This document shows positions 38,152 through 57,504 of a DNA stretch of 64,000 bases, piece after piece. Within the stretch, counting starts at the first letter, position 1. Each line of letters begins with the position of its first letter. Source of the stretch: the human T2T-CHM13v2.0 reference genome, Homo sapiens; NCBI RefSeq assembly GCF_009914755.1, contig NC_060948.1; one strand, given 5' to 3'. Under the pieces are notes generated by a model. The model did no database searches. It worked only from the letters and a program-made list of their open reading frames with translations, and had not been told where the DNA came from. The position numbers and the translations under genes are program-made.

Positions 38152-40253
38152 AGATCCATATTTTTTAAATGAAAAAAAATTTCAAAGGTACTCTGCTTGG
38201 TACAATAATCAAATGTATAAACTGAGGAATAAAACATAACCATGAAACCTACTTATAACTGCATATGGAAAATACAGAGGATAATTTTTTAAATAACATA
38301 TTTTGAAAGCCTTAACTAGTAATTTGAAGAGCTGGCATTTGAAAGGCCAGTATGAATATACCTTCAAAGCAGCAACACAGGTTCCCCATGAGAAAAAGCA
38401 AACACAGGGAAAATAAAACCACAAAGGTTCAATCTCTACTGACCTTTGAAAGACACAGCACAGACAGTGGTCCTTAGGACGAAGAGCAGGAGACCCCTAA
38501 TTCCGTCACCATGGCGATAGGGCATAAACATTGCTGGGTGAGGGCACAATCCACATTGTGAGGTCCAACTGCTGCCAGGAAGACAGGAGTGCTTTTACAT
38601 AGACCGAAAGGTCATTGAAGGCTCAGAGTTTTCTTTCAAGAACTGAATCCCAAGCCCACACGTTATTAGGCTGCGCTTCTTAAAACAAGTTATGAGATGG
38701 GAAAAAGGGCACCCACAAACATACGTATACATTATGTATATAATAATATACAGTATCATATATATAATATATATAACCTATGTATAATATTGTTTTACAT
38801 CCTGCATCTTATGTTATATATATTGTATAAAATATAATAATTGATAATATATAAGTTTTATAATTATACAATATGACATATAGTATATATTATAATTTAT
38901 GACATATATAATATATGTTATATGTCATATATAGAATATATTATACGGTTAATATACGTATTAAATATAAATTATACATTATATATATTATATATAATAT
39001 ATCTGTTATATATAATACCCATTATGCATAATATATATATTATGTCTATGTTATATATAGTATAAAACAACATATAATAATATATAATTGTATATATAAA
39101 ATGCGACATATAATATATATTATATTTTATAACATATGTAATATATATTATATATTATATATAATACGTTGTATGTATAATACCTATATTAAATATATAT
39201 TATATGACTATGTTATTAATTACATGTCACATGTGTTATATATTATATATTTTACATAGAATATACCGGTTACATACAATATATACTATGTTACCTATAA
39301 TGTATAATTTATTACATGTAAAATAAAGAATGCAATATATTATGTATAATTTATAATATACCATATGTGGAATGTGATATATATAACATATAATATATGA
39401 TATATGATATACAGTATATGATATATAACATACAATATATGATTCCTAATATATATGGTATACAATATATATTTTATGATATGTATTCTATATGTTTTAT
39501 ATTCTGTTATATATAACTATTTGAAATTATATATAACTGTATATTTTATGTAAATATGTAATATAATATATATAACTATATAATATATTATATATAACTA
39601 TATATTATGTTATATATACTTTTATAACATAATTTACATAAAATATCATAATATAATATATATTATATTATTTCATATTACATAATATATATTACATATC
39701 ACCCAATATAACTAACATACATAATATTATAATATAGATTATATTATGTTATATTAAATATCATATATATCATGTATCATATATTCTATAATATATATTA
39801 CACATTATATAATATGTATGTTGTCTATTATGTGATATATATAACTATATATATAATTATATTTTTATACATATAACTAGATAAACATGTAATTCTACAT
39901 ATTTTCATTTATAATATGTAGAATTATAAAATCATATATAATTATTTATATTCTATAAAAAATTTTATCATTATATAAATTATAATATTTAAAAATTATA
40001 ATATGTACTACAAATATATATATTATATATCATATATGATATAGTACGTTTGTTATATTTCATAATACATATAAATGTGTATTATGTTATCTATAATTAT
40101 ATAATTTCATATATAAGATGTATAATGTGTATCATATATTATATATGTTATGTAATATATATAGTATATATAAGATGACACAGGATAAATATTATATACT
40201 ATGACATATAAAATATATGAGGTTATATGTTACATATAAGGCATAGCACATAA

Positions 40254-40568
<315 letters not shown>

Positions 40569-42695
40569 AGATCCATATTTTTTAAATGAAAAAAAATTTC
40601 AAAGGTACTCTGCTTGGTACAATAATCAAATGTATAAACTGAGGAATAAAACATAACCATGAAACCTACTTATAACTGCATATGGAAAATACAGAGGATA
40701 ATTTTTTAAATAACATATTTTGAAAGCCTTAACTAGTAATTTGAAGAGTTGGCATTTGAAAGGCCAGTATGAATATACCTTCAAAGCAGCAACACAGGTT
40801 CCCCATGAGAAAAAGCAAACACAGGGAAAATAAAAACACAAAGGTTCAATCTCTTCTGACCTTTGAAAGACACAGCACAGACAGTGGTCCTTAGGACGAA
40901 GAGCAGGAGACCCCTAATTCCGTCACCATGGCGATAGGGCATAAACATTGCTGGGTGAGGGCACAATCCACATTGTGAGGTCCAACTGCTGCCAGGAAGA
41001 CAGGAGTGCTTTTACATAGACCGAAAGGTCATTGAAGGCTCAGAGTTTTCTTTCAAGAACTGAATCCCAAGCCCACACGTTATTAGGCTGCGCTTCTTAA
41101 AACAAGTTATGAGATGGGAAAAAGGGCACCCACAAACATACGTATACATTATGTATATAATAATATACAGTATCATATATATAATATATATAACCTATGT
41201 ATAATATTGTTTTACATCCTGCATCTTATGTTATATATATTGTATAAAAATATAATAATTGATAATATATAAGTTTTATAATTATACAATATGACATATA
41301 GTATATATTATAATTTATGACATATATAATATATGTTATATGTCATATATAGAATATATTATACGGTTAATATACGTATTAAATATAAATTATACATTAT
41401 ATATATTATATATAATATATCTGTTATATATAATACCCATTATGCATAATATATATATTATGTCTATGTTATATATAGTATAAAACAACATATAATAATA
41501 TATAATTGTATATATAAAATGCGACATATAATATATATTATATTTTATAACATATGTAATATATATTATATATTATATATAATACGTTGTCTGTATAATA
41601 CCTATATTAAATATATATTATATGACTATGTTATTAATTACATGTCACATGTGTTATATATTATATATTTTACATAGAATATACCGGTTACATACAATAT
41701 ATACTATGTTACCTATAATGTATAATTTATTACATGTAAAATAAAGAATGCAATATATTATGTAAAATTTATAATATACCATATGTGGAATGTGATATAT
41801 ATAACATATAATATATGATATATGATATACAGTATATGATATATAACATACAATATATGATTCCTAATATATATGGTATACAATATATATTTTATGATAT
41901 GTATTCTTTATGTTTTATATTCTGTTATATATAACTATTTGAAATTATATATAACTGTATAATATTTTATGTAAATATGTAATATAATATATATAACTAT
42001 ATAATATATTATATATAACTATATATTATGTTATATATACTTTTATAACATAATTTACATAAAATATCATAATATAATATATATTATATTATTTCATATT
42101 ACATAATATATATTACATATCACCCAATATAACTAACATACATAATATTATAATATAGATTATATTATGTTATATTAAATATCATATATATCATGTATCA
42201 TATATTCTATAATATATATTACACATTATATAATATGTATGTTGTCTATTATGTGATATATATAACTATATATAATTATATTTTTATACATATAACTAGA
42301 TAAACATGTAATTCTACATATTTTCGTTTATAATATGTAGAATTATATAATCATATATAATTATTTATATTCTATAAAAAATTTTATCATTATATAAATT
42401 ATAATATATAAAAATTATAATATGTACTACAAATATATATATTATATATCATATATGCTATAGTACCTTTGTTATATATCATAATACATATAAATGTGTA
42501 TTATGTTATCTATAATTATATAATTTCATATATAAGATGTATAATGTGTATCATATATTATATATGTTATGTAATCTATATAGTATATATAAGATGACAC
42601 AGGATAAATATTATATACTATGACATATAAAATATATGAGGTTATATGTTACATATAAGGCATAGCACATAACATGTAATATATATCATATATAA

Positions 42696-42987
42696 TTTTT
42701 TTTTAGACAGAATCTTGTCCTGTTGCACAGGGTGGGGTACAATGGCGCCATCTTTGCTCACTGCATCTTCTGCCTCACGGGTCCAAGCGATTGTCCTCCC
42801 TCAGCCTCCCAGGTAGCTGGGACTACACCACACTGGGACTACACCAGCTGCCACCATGCCTAGCTAATTATTTGGATTTTTAGTAGTGACAGCGTTTCAC
42901 TGTATTGGCCAGGATGGTCTTGACCTCTTCACCTTGTGATCCCCTTGCCTTGGCCTCCAAATTTGCTGGGATTACAGGCCTGAGCCA
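42696..42987 (-). mobile_element. Alu copy, unit 18 (41114-43532)
   Basis: Same Alu; A-type variants. Confidence 0.93.
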
Positions 42988-45115
42988 AGATCCATATTTT
43001 TTAAATGAAAAAAAATTTCAAAGGTACTCTGCTTGGTACAATAATCAAATGTATAAACTGAGGAATAAAACATAACCATGAAACCTACTTATAACTGCAT
43101 ATGGAAAATACAGAGGATAATTTTTTAAATAACATATTTTGAAAGCCTTAACTAGTAATTTGAAGAGCTGGCATTTGAAAGGCCAGTATGAATATACCTT
43201 CAAAGCAGCAACACAGGTTCCCCATGAGAAAAAGCAAACACAGGGAAAATAAAACCACAAAGGTTCAATCTCTACTGACCTTTGAAAGACACAGCACAGA
43301 CAGTGGTCCTTAGGACGAAGAGCAGGAGACCCCTAATTCCGTCACCATGGCGATAGGGCATAAACATTGCTGGGTGAGGGCACAATCCACATTGTGAGGT
43401 CCAACTGCTGCCAGGAAGACAGGAGTGCTTTTACATAGACCGAAAGGTCATTGAAGGCTCAGAGTTTTCTTTCAAGAACTGAATCCCAAGCCCACACGTT
43501 ATTAGGCTGCGCTTCTTAAAACAAGTTATGAGATGGGAAAAAGGGCACCCACAAACATACGTATACATTATGTATATAATAATATACAGTATCATATATA
43601 TAATATATATAACCTATGTATAATATTGTTTTACATCCTGCATCTTATGTTATATATATTGTATAAAATATAATAATTGATAATATATAAGTTTTATAAT
43701 TATACAATATGACATATAGTATATATTATAATTTATGACATATATAATATATGTTATATGTCATATATAGAATATATTATACGGTTAATATACGTATTAA
43801 ATATAAATTATACATTATATATATTATATATAATATATCTGTTATATATAATACCCATTATGCATAATATATATATTATGTCTATGTTATATATAGTATA
43901 AAACAACATATAATAATATATAATTGTATATATAAAATGCGACATATAATATATATTATATTTTATAACATATGTAATATATATTATATATTATATATAA
44001 TACGTTGTATGTATAATACCTATATTAAATATATATTATATGACTATGTTATTAATTACATGTCACATGTGTTATATATTATATATTTTACATAGAATAT
44101 GCCGGTTACATACAATATATACTATGTTACGTATAATGTATAATTTATTACATGTAAAATAAAGAATTCAATATATTATGTAAAATTTATAATATACCAT
44201 ATGTGGAATGTGATATATATAACATTTAATATATGATATATGATGTACAGTATATGATATATAACATACAATATATGATTCCTAATATATATGGTATACA
44301 ATATATATTTTATGATATGTATTCTATATGTTTTATATTCTGTTATATATAACTATTTGAAATTATATATAACTGTATAATATTTTATGTAAATATGTAA
44401 TATAATATATATAACTATATAATATATTATATATAACTATATATTATGTTATATATACTTTTATAACATAATTTACATAAAATATCATAATATAATATAT
44501 ATTATATTATTTCATATTACATAAAATATATTACATATCACCCAATATAACTAACATACATAATATTATAATATAGATTATATTATGTTATAATAAATAT
44601 CATATATATCATATATCATATATTCTATAATATATATTACACATTATATAATATGTATGTTGTCTATTATGTGATATATATAACTATATATATAATTATA
44701 TTTGTATACATATAACTAGATAAACATGTAATTCTACATATTTTCATTTATAATATGTAGAATTATATAATCATATATAATTATTTATATTCTATAAAAA
44801 ATTTTATCATTATATAAATTATAATATATAAAAATTATAATATGTACTACAAATATATATATTATATATCATATATGATATAGTACCTTTGTTATATATC
44901 ATAATACATATAAATGTGTATTATGTTATCTATAATTATATAATTTCATATATAAGTTGTATAATATGTATCATATATTATATATGTTATGTAATATATA
45001 TAGTATATATAAGATGACACAGGATAAATATTATATACTATGACATATAAAATATATGAGGTTATATGTTACATATAAGGCATAGCACATAACATGTAAT
45101 ATATATCATATATAA

Positions 45116-45407
45116 TTTTTTTTTAGACAGAATCTTGTCCTGTTGCACAGGGTGGGGTACAATGGCGCCATCTTTGCTCACTGCAAATTCTGCCTCACGG
45201 GTCCAAGCGATTGTCCTCCCTCAGCCTCCCAGGTAGCTGGGACTACACCACACTGGGACTACACCAGCTGCCACCATGCCTAGCTAATTATTTGGATTTT
45301 TAGTAGTGACAGCGTTTCACTGTATTGGCCAGGATGGTCTTGATCTCTTCACCTTGTGATCCCCTTGCCTTGGCCTCCAAATTTGCTGGGATTACAGGCC
45401 TGAGCCA
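45116..45407 (-). mobile_element. Alu copy, unit 19 (43533-45952)
   Basis: Same Alu; D-type variant. Confidence 0.93.
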
Positions 45408-47535
45408 AGATCCGTATTTTTTAAATGAAAAAAAATTTCAAAGGTACTCTGCTTGGTACAATAATCAAATGTATAAACTGAGGAATAAAACATAACCATG
45501 AAACCTACTTATAACTGCATATGGAAAATACAGAGGATAATTTTTTAAATAACATATTTTGAAAGCCTTAACTAGTAATTTGAAGAGTTGGCATTTGAAA
45601 GGCCAGTATGAATATACCTTCAAAGCAGCAACACAGGTTCCCCATGAGAAAAAGCAAACACAGGGAAAATAAAAACACAAAGGTTCAATCTCTTCTGACC
45701 TTTGAAAGACACAGCACAGACAGTGGTCCTTAGGACGAAGAGCAGGAGACCCCTAATTCCGTCACCATGGCGATAGGGCATAAACATTGCTGGGTGAGGG
45801 CACAATCCACATTGTGAGGTCCAACTGCTGCCAGGAAGACAGGAGTGCTTTTACATAGACCGAAAGGTCATTGAAGGCTCAGAGTTTTGTTTCAAGAACT
45901 GAATCCCAAGCCCACACGTTATTAGGCTGCGCTTCTTAAAACAAGTTATGAGATGGGAAAAAGGGCACCCACAAACATACGTATACATTATGTATATAAT
46001 AATATACAGTATCATATATATAATATATATAACCTATGTATAATATTGTTTTACATCCTGCATCTAATGTTATATATATTGTATAAAATATAATAATTGA
46101 TAATATATAAGTTTTATAATTATACAATATGACATATAGTATATATTATAATTTATGACATATATAATATATGTTATATGTCATATATAGAATATATTAT
46201 ACGGTTAATATACGTATTAAATATAAATTATACATTATATATATTATATATAATATATCTGTTATATATAATACCCATTATGCATAATATATATATTATG
46301 TCTATGTTATATATAGTATAAAACAACATATAATAATATATAATTGTATATATAAAATGCGACATATAATATATATTATATTTTATAACATATGTAATAT
46401 ATATTATATATTATATATAATACGTTGTATGTATAATACCTATATTAAATATATATTATATGACTATGTTATTAATTACATGTCACATGTGTTATATATT
46501 ATATATTTTACATAGAATATACCGGTTACATACAATATATACTATGTTACCTATAATGTATAATTTATTACATGTAAAATAAAGAATGCAATATATTATG
46601 TATAATTTATAATATACCATATGTGGAATGTGATATATATAACATATAATATATGATATATGATATACAGTATATGATATATAACATACAATATATGATT
46701 CCTAATATATATGGTATACAATATATATTTTATGATATGTATTCTATATGTTTTATATTCTGTTATATATAACTATTTGAAATTATATATAACTGTATAA
46801 TATTTTATGTAAATATGTAATATAATATATATAACTATATAATATATTATATATAACTATATATTATGTTATATATACTTTTATAACATAATTTACATAA
46901 AATATCATAATATAATATATATTATATTATTTCATATTACATAATATATATTACATATCACCCAATAAAACTAACATACATAATATTATAATATAGATTA
47001 TATTGTGTTATATTAAATATCATATATATCATGTATCATATATTCTATAATATATATTACACATTATATAATATGTATGTTGTCTATTATGTGATATATA
47101 TAACTATATATATAATTATATTTTTATACATATAACTAGATAAACATGTAATTCTACATATTTTCATTTATAATATGTATAATTATATAATCATATATAA
47201 TTATTTATATTCTATAAAAAATTTTATCATTATATAAATTATAATATATAAAAATTATAATATGTACTACAAATATATATATTATATATCATATATGATA
47301 TAGTACCTTTGTTATATTTCATAATACATATAAATGTGTATTATGTTATCTATAATTATATAATTTCATATATAAGATGTATACTATGTATCATATATTA
47401 TATATGTTATGTAATATATATAGTATATATAAGATGACACAGGATAAATATTATATACTATGACATATAAAATATATGAGGTTATATGTTACATATAAGG
47501 CATAGCACAGAACATTTAATATATATCATATATAA

Positions 47536-47827
<292 letters not shown>

Positions 47828-49931
47828 AGATCCATATTTTTTAAATGAAAAAAAATTTCAAAGGTACTCTGCTTGGTACAATAATCAAATGTATAAACTG
47901 AGGAATAAAACATAACCATGAAACCTACTTATAACTGCATATGGAAAATACAGAGGATAATTTTTTAAATAACATATTTTGAAAGCCTTAACTAGTAATT
48001 TGAAGAGTTGGCATTTGAAAGGCCAGTATGAATATACCTTCAAAGCAGCAACACAGGTTCCCCATGAGAAAAAGCAAACACAGGGAAAATAAAAACACAA
48101 AGGTTCAATCTCTTCTGACCTTTGAAAGACACATCAGAGACAGTGGTCCTTAGGACGAAGAGCAGGAGACCCCTAATTCCGTCACCATGGCGATAGGGCA
48201 TAAACATTGCTGGGTGAGGGCACAATCCACATTGTGAGGTCCAACTGCTGCCAGGAAGACAGGAGTGCTTTTACATAGACCGAAAGGTCATTGAAGGCTC
48301 AGAGTTTTGTTTCAAGAACTGAATCCCAAGCCCACACGTTATTAGGCTGCGCTTCTTAAAACAAGTTATGAGATGGGAAAAAGGGCACCCACAAACATAC
48401 GTATACATTATGTATATAATAATATACAGTATCATATATATAATATATATAACCTATGTATAATATTGTTTTACATCCTGCATCTTATGTTATATATATT
48501 GTATAAAATATAATAATTGATAATATATAAGTTTTATAATTATACAATATGACATATAGTATATATTATAATTTATGACATATATAATATATGTTATATG
48601 TCACATATAGAATATATTATACGGTTAATATACGTATTAAATATAAATTATACATTATATATATTATATATAATATATCTGTTATATATAATACCCATTA
48701 TGCATAATATATATATTATGTCTATGTTATATATAGTATAAAACAACATATAATAATATATAATTGTATATATAAAATGCGACATATAATATATATTATA
48801 TTTTATAACATATGTAATATATATTATATATTATATATAATACGTTGTATGTATAATATCTATATTAAATATATATTATATGACTATGTTATTAATTACA
48901 TGTCACATGTGTTATATATTATATATTTTACATAGAATATACCGGTTACATACAATATATACTATGTTACCTATAATGTATAATTTATTACATGTAAATT
49001 AAAGAATGCAATATATTATGTAAAATTTATAATATACCATATGTGGAATGTGATATATATAACATATAATATATGATATATGATGTACAGTATATGATAT
49101 ATAACATACAATATATGATTCCTAATATATATGGTATACAATATATATTTTATGATATGTATTCTATATGTTTTATATTCTGTTATATATAACTATTTGA
49201 AATTATATATAACTGTATAATATTTTATGTAAATATGTAATATAATATATATAACTATATAATATATTATATATAACTATATATTATGTTATATATACTT
49301 TTATAACATAATTTACATAAAATATCATAATATAATATATATTATATTATTTCATATTACATAAAATATATTACATATCACCCAATATAACTAACATACA
49401 TAATATTATAATATAGATTATATTATGTTATAATAAATATCATATATATCATATATCATATATTCTATAATATATATTACACATTATATAATATGTATGT
49501 TGTCTATTATGTGATATATATAACTATATATATAATTATATTTGTATACATATAACTAGATAAACATGTAATTCTACATATTTTCATTTATAATATGTAG
49601 AATTATATAATCATATATAATTATTTATATTCTAAAAAAATTTTATCATTATATAAATTATTATATATAAAAACTATAATATGTACTACAAATATATATA
49701 TTATATATCATATATGCTATAGTACCTTTGTTATATATCATAATACATATAAATGTGTATTATGTTATCTATAATTATATAATTTCATATATAAGTTGTA
49801 TAATATGTATCATATATTATATATGTTATGTAATATATATAGTATATATAAGATGACACAGGATAAATATTATATACTATGACATATAAAATATATGAGG
49901 TTATATGTTACATATAAGGCATAGCACATAA

Positions 49932-50246
<315 letters not shown>

Positions 50247-52374
50247 AGATCCATATTTTTTAAATGAAAAAAAATTTCAAAGGTACTCTGCTTGGTACAA
50301 TAATCAAATGTATAAACTGAGGAATAAAACATAACCATGAAACCTACTTATAACTGCATATGGAAAATACAGAGGATAATTTTTTAAATAACATATTTTG
50401 AAAGCCTTAACTAGTAATTTGAAGAGTTGGCATTTGAAAGGCCAGTATGAATATACCTTCAAAGCAGCAACACAGGTTCCCCATGAGAAAAAGCAAACAC
50501 AGGGAAAATAAAAACACAAAGGTTCAATCTCTTCTGACCTTTGAAAGACACAGCACAGACAGTGGTCCTTAGGACGAAGAGCAGGAGACCCCTAATTCCG
50601 TCACCATGGCGATAGGGCATAAACATTGCTGGGTGAGGGCACAATCCACATTGTGAGGTCCAACTGCTGCCAGGAAGACAGGAGTGCTTTTACATAGACC
50701 GAAAGGTCATTGAAGGCTCAGAGTTTTCTTTCAAGAACTGAATCCCAAGCCCACACGTTATTAGGCTGCGCTTCTTAAAACAAGTTATGAGATGGGAAAA
50801 AGGGCACCCACAAACATACGTATACATTATGTATATAATAATATACAGTATCATATATATAATATATATAACCTATGTATAATATTGTTTTACATCCTGC
50901 ATCTTATGTTATATATATTGTATAAAATATAATAATTGATAATATATAAGTTTTATAATTATACAATATGACATATAGTATATATTATAATTTATGAAAT
51001 ATATAATATATGTTATATGTCATATATAGAATATATTATACGGTTAATATACGTATTAAATATAAATTATACATTATATATATTATATATAATATATCTG
51101 TTATATATAATACCCATTATGCATAATATATATATTATGTCTATGTTATATATAGTATAAAACAACATATAATAATATATAATTGTATATATAAAATGCG
51201 ACATATAATATATATTATATTTTATAACATATGTAATATATATTATATATTATATATAATACGTTGTATGTATAATACCTATATTAAATATATATTATAT
51301 GACTATGTTATTAATTACATGTCACATGTGTTATATATTATATATTTTACATAGAATATACCGGTTACATACAATATATACTATGTTACCTATAATGTAT
51401 AATTTATTACATGTAAAATAAAGAATGCAATATATTATGTATAATTTATAATATACCATATGTGGAATGTGATATATATAACATATAATATATGATATAT
51501 GATATACAGTATATGATATATAACATACAATATATGATTCCTAATATATATGGTATACAATATATATTTTATGATATGTATTCTATATGTTTTATATTCT
51601 GTTATATATAACTATTTGAAATTATATATAACTGTATAATATTTTATGTAAATATGTAATATAATATATATAACTATATAATATATTATATATAACTATA
51701 TATTATGTTATATATACTTTTATAACATAATTTACATAAAATATCATAATATAATATATATTATAATATTTCATATTACATAATATATATTACATATCAC
51801 CCAATATAACTAACATACATAATATTATAATATAGATTATATTGTGTTATATTAAATATCATATATATCATGTATCATATATTCTATAATATATATTACA
51901 CATTATATAATATGTATGTTGTATATTATGTGATATATATAACTATATATATAATTATATTTTTATACATATAACTAGATAAACATGTAATTCTACATAT
52001 TTTCATTTATAATATGTAGAATTATATAATCATATATAATTATTTATATTCTATAAAAAATTTTATCATTATATAAATTATAATATATAAAAATTATAAT
52101 ATGTACTACAAATATATATATTATATATCATATATGATATAGTACCTTTGTTATATTTCATAATACATATAAATGTGTATTATGTTATCTATAATTATAT
52201 AATTTCATATATAAGATGTATAATATGTATCATATATTATATATGTTATGTAATATATATAGTATATATAAGATGACACAGGATAAATATTATATACTAT
52301 GACATATAAAATATATGAGGTTATATGTTACATATAAGGCATAGCACATAACATTTAATATATATCATATATAA

Positions 52375-52666
<292 letters not shown>

Positions 52667-54793
52667 AGATCCATATTTTTTAAATGAAAAAAAATTTCAA
52701 AGGTACTCTGCTTGGTACAATAATCAAATGTATAAACTGAGGAATAAAACATAACCATGAAACCTACTTATAACTGCATATGGAAAATACAGAGGATAAT
52801 TTTTTAAATAACATATTTTGAAAGCCTTAACTAGTAATTTGAAGAGTTGGCATTTGAAAGGCCAGTATGAATATACCTTCAAAGCAGCAACACAGGTTCC
52901 CCATGAGAAAAAGCAAACACAGGGAAAATAAAAACACAAAGGTTCAATCTCTTCTGACCTTTGAAAGACACAGCACAGACAGTGGTCCTTAGGACGAAGA
53001 GCAGGAGACCCCTAATTCCGTCACCATGGCGATAGGGCATAAACATTGCTGGGTGAGGGCACAATCCACATTGTGAGGTCCAACTGCTGCCAGGAAGACA
53101 GGAGTGCTTTTACATAGACCGAAAGGTCATTGAAGGCTCAGAGTTTTCTTTTAAGAACTGAATCCCAAGCCCACACGTTATTAGGCTGCGCTTCTTAAAA
53201 CAAGTTATGAGATGGGAAAAAGGGCACCCACAAACATACGTATACATTATGTATATAATAATATACAGTATCATATATATAATATATATAACCTATGTAT
53301 AATATTGTTTTACATCCTGCATCTTATGTTATATATATTGTATAAAATATAATGATTGATAATATATAAGTTTATATTTATACAATATGACTTATAGTAT
53401 ATATTATAATTTATGACATATATAATATATGTTATATGTCATATATAGAATATATTATACGGTTAATATACGTATTAAATATAAATTATACATTATATAT
53501 ATTATATATAATATATCTGTTATATATAATACCCATTATGCATAATATATATATTATGTCTATGTTATATATAGTATAAAACAACATATAATAATATATA
53601 ATTGTATATATAAAATGCGACATATAATATATATTATATTTTATAACATATGTAATATATATTATATATTATATATAATACGTTGTATGTATAATACCTA
53701 TATTAAATATATATTATATGACTATGTTATTAATTACATGTCACATGTGTTATATATTATATATTTTACATAGAATATACCGGTTACATACAATATATAC
53801 TATGTTACCTATAATGTATAATTTATTACATGTAAAATAAAGAATGCAATATATTATGTATAATTTATAATATACCATATGTGGAATGTGATATAAATAA
53901 CATATAATATATGATATATGATATACAGTATATGATATATAACATACAATATATGATTCGTAATATATATGGTATACAATATATATTTTATGATATGTAT
54001 TCTATATGTTTTATATTCTGTTATATATAACTACTTGAAATTATATATAACTGTATAATATTTTATGTAAATATGTAATATAATATATATAACTATATAA
54101 TATATTATATATAACTATATATTATGTTATATATACTTTTATAACATAATTTACATAAAATATCATAATATAATATATATTATATTATTTCATATTACAT
54201 AATATATATTACATATCACCCAATATAACTAACATACATAATATTATAATATAGATTATATTGTGTTATATTAAATATCATATATATCATGTATCATATA
54301 TTCTATAATATATATTACACATTATATAATATATATGTTGTCTATTATGTGATATATATAACTATATATATAATTATATTTTTATACATATAACTAGATA
54401 AACATGTAATTCTACATATTTTCATTTATAATATGTAGAATTATATAATCATATATAATTATTTATATTCTATAAAAAATTTTATCATTATATAAATTAT
54501 AATATATAAAAATTATAATATGTACTACAAATATATATATTATATATCATATATGATATAGTACCTTTGTTATATTTCATAATACATATAAATGTGTATT
54601 ATGTTATCTATAATTATATAATTTCATATATAAGATGTATAATATGTATCATATATTATATATGTTATGTAATATATATAGTATATATAAGATGACACAG
54701 GATAAATATTATATACTATGACATATAAAATATATGAGGTTATATGTTACATATAAGGCATAGCACATAACATGTAATATATATCATATATAA

Positions 54794-55085
54794 TTTTTTT
54801 TTAGACAGAATCTCGTCCTGTTGCACAGGGTGGGGTACAATGGCGCCATCTTTGCTCACTGCAACTTCTGCCTCACGGGTCCAAGCGATTGTCCTCCCTC
54901 AGCCTCCCAGGTAGCTGGGACTACACCACACTGGGACTACACCAGCTGCCACCATGCCTAGCTAATTATTTGGATTTTTAGTAGTGACAGCGTTTCACTG
55001 TATTGGCCAGGATGGTCTTGATCTCTTCACCTTGTGATCCCCTTGCCTTGGCCTCCAAATTTGCTGGGATTACAGGCCTGAGCCA
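54794..55085 (-). mobile_element. Alu copy, unit 23 (53212-55630)
   Basis: Same Alu sequence at the same unit offset. Confidence 0.93.
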
Positions 55086-57189
55086 AGATCCATATTTTTT
55101 AAATGAAAAAAAATTTCAAAGGTACTCTGCTTGGTACAATAATCAAATGTATAAACTGAGGAATAAAACATAACCATGAAACCTACTTATAACTGCATAT
55201 GGAAAATACAGAGGATAATTTTTTAAATAACATATTTTGAAAGCCTTAACTAGTAATTTGAAGAGCTGGCATTTGAAAGGCCAGTATGAATATACCTTCA
55301 AAGCAGCAACACAGGTTCCCCATGAGAAAAAGCAAACACAGGGAAAATAAAAACACAAAGGTTCAATCTCTTCTGACCTTTGAAAGACACAGCACAGACA
55401 GTGGTCCTTAGGACGAAGAGCAGGAGACCCCTAATTCCGTCACCATGGCGATAGGGCATAAACATTGCTGGGTGAGGGCACAATCCACATTGTGAGGTCC
55501 AACTGCTGCCAGGAAGACAGGAGTGCTTTTACATAGACCGAAAGGTCATTGAAGGCTCAGAGTTTTGTTTCAAGAACTGAATCCCAAGCCCACACGTTAT
55601 TAGGCTGCGCTTCTTAAAACAAGTTATGAGATGGGAAAAAGGGCACCCACAAACATACGTATACATTATGTATATAATAATATACAGTATCATATATATA
55701 ATATATATAACCTATGTATAATATTGTTTTACATCCTGCATCTTATGTTATATATATTGTATAAAATATAATAATTGATAATATATAAGTTTATATTTAT
55801 ACAATATGACATATAGTATATATTATAATTTATGACATATATAATATATGTTATATGTCATATATAGAATATATTATACGGTTAATATACGTATTAAATA
55901 TAAATTATACATTATATATATTATATATAATATATCTGTTATATATAATACCCATTATGCATAATATATATATTATGTCTATGTTATATATAGTATAAAA
56001 CAACATATAATAATATATAATTGTATATATAAAATGCGACATATAATATATATTATATTTTATAACATATGTAATATATATTATATATTATATATAATAC
56101 GTTGTATGTATAATACCTATATTAAATATATATTATATGACTATGTTATTAATTACATGTCACATGTGTTATATATTATATATTTTACATAGAATATACC
56201 GGTTACATACAATATATACTATGTTACCTATAATGTATAATTTATTACATGTAAAATAAACAATGCAATATATTATGTATAATTTATAATATACAATATG
56301 TGGAATGTGATATATATAACATATAATATATGATATATGATATACAGTATATGATATATAACATACAATATATGATTCCTAATATATATGGTATACAATA
56401 TATATTTTATGATATGTATTCTATATGTTTTATATTCTGTTATATATAACTATTTGAAATTATATATAACTGTATAATATTTTATGTAAATATGTAATAT
56501 AATATATATAAATATATAATATATTATATATAACTATATATTATGTTATATATACTTTTATAACATAATTTACATAAAATATCCTAATATAATATATATT
56601 ATATTATTTCATATTACATAATATATAATACATATCACCCAATATAACTAACATACATAATATTATAATATAGATTATATTATGTTATATTAAATATCAT
56701 ATATATCATGTATCATATATTCTATAATATATATTACACATTATATAATATATATGTTGTCTATTATGTGATATATATAACTATATATATAATTATATTT
56801 TTATACATATAACTAGATAAACATGTAATTCTACATATTTTCATTTATAATATGTAGAATTATATAATCATATATAATTATTTATATTCTATAAAAAATT
56901 TTATCATTATATAAATTATAATATATAAAAATTATAATATGTACTACAAATATATATATTATATATCATATATGCTATAGTACCTTTGTTATATATCATA
57001 ATACATATAAATGTGTATTATGTTATCTATAATTATATAATTTCATATATAAGTTGTATAATATGTATCATATATTATATATGTTATGTAATATATATAG
57101 TATATATAAGATGACACAGGATAAATATTATATACTATGACATATAAAATATATGAGGTTATATGTTACATATAAGGCATAGCACATAA

Positions 57190-57504
<315 letters not shown>

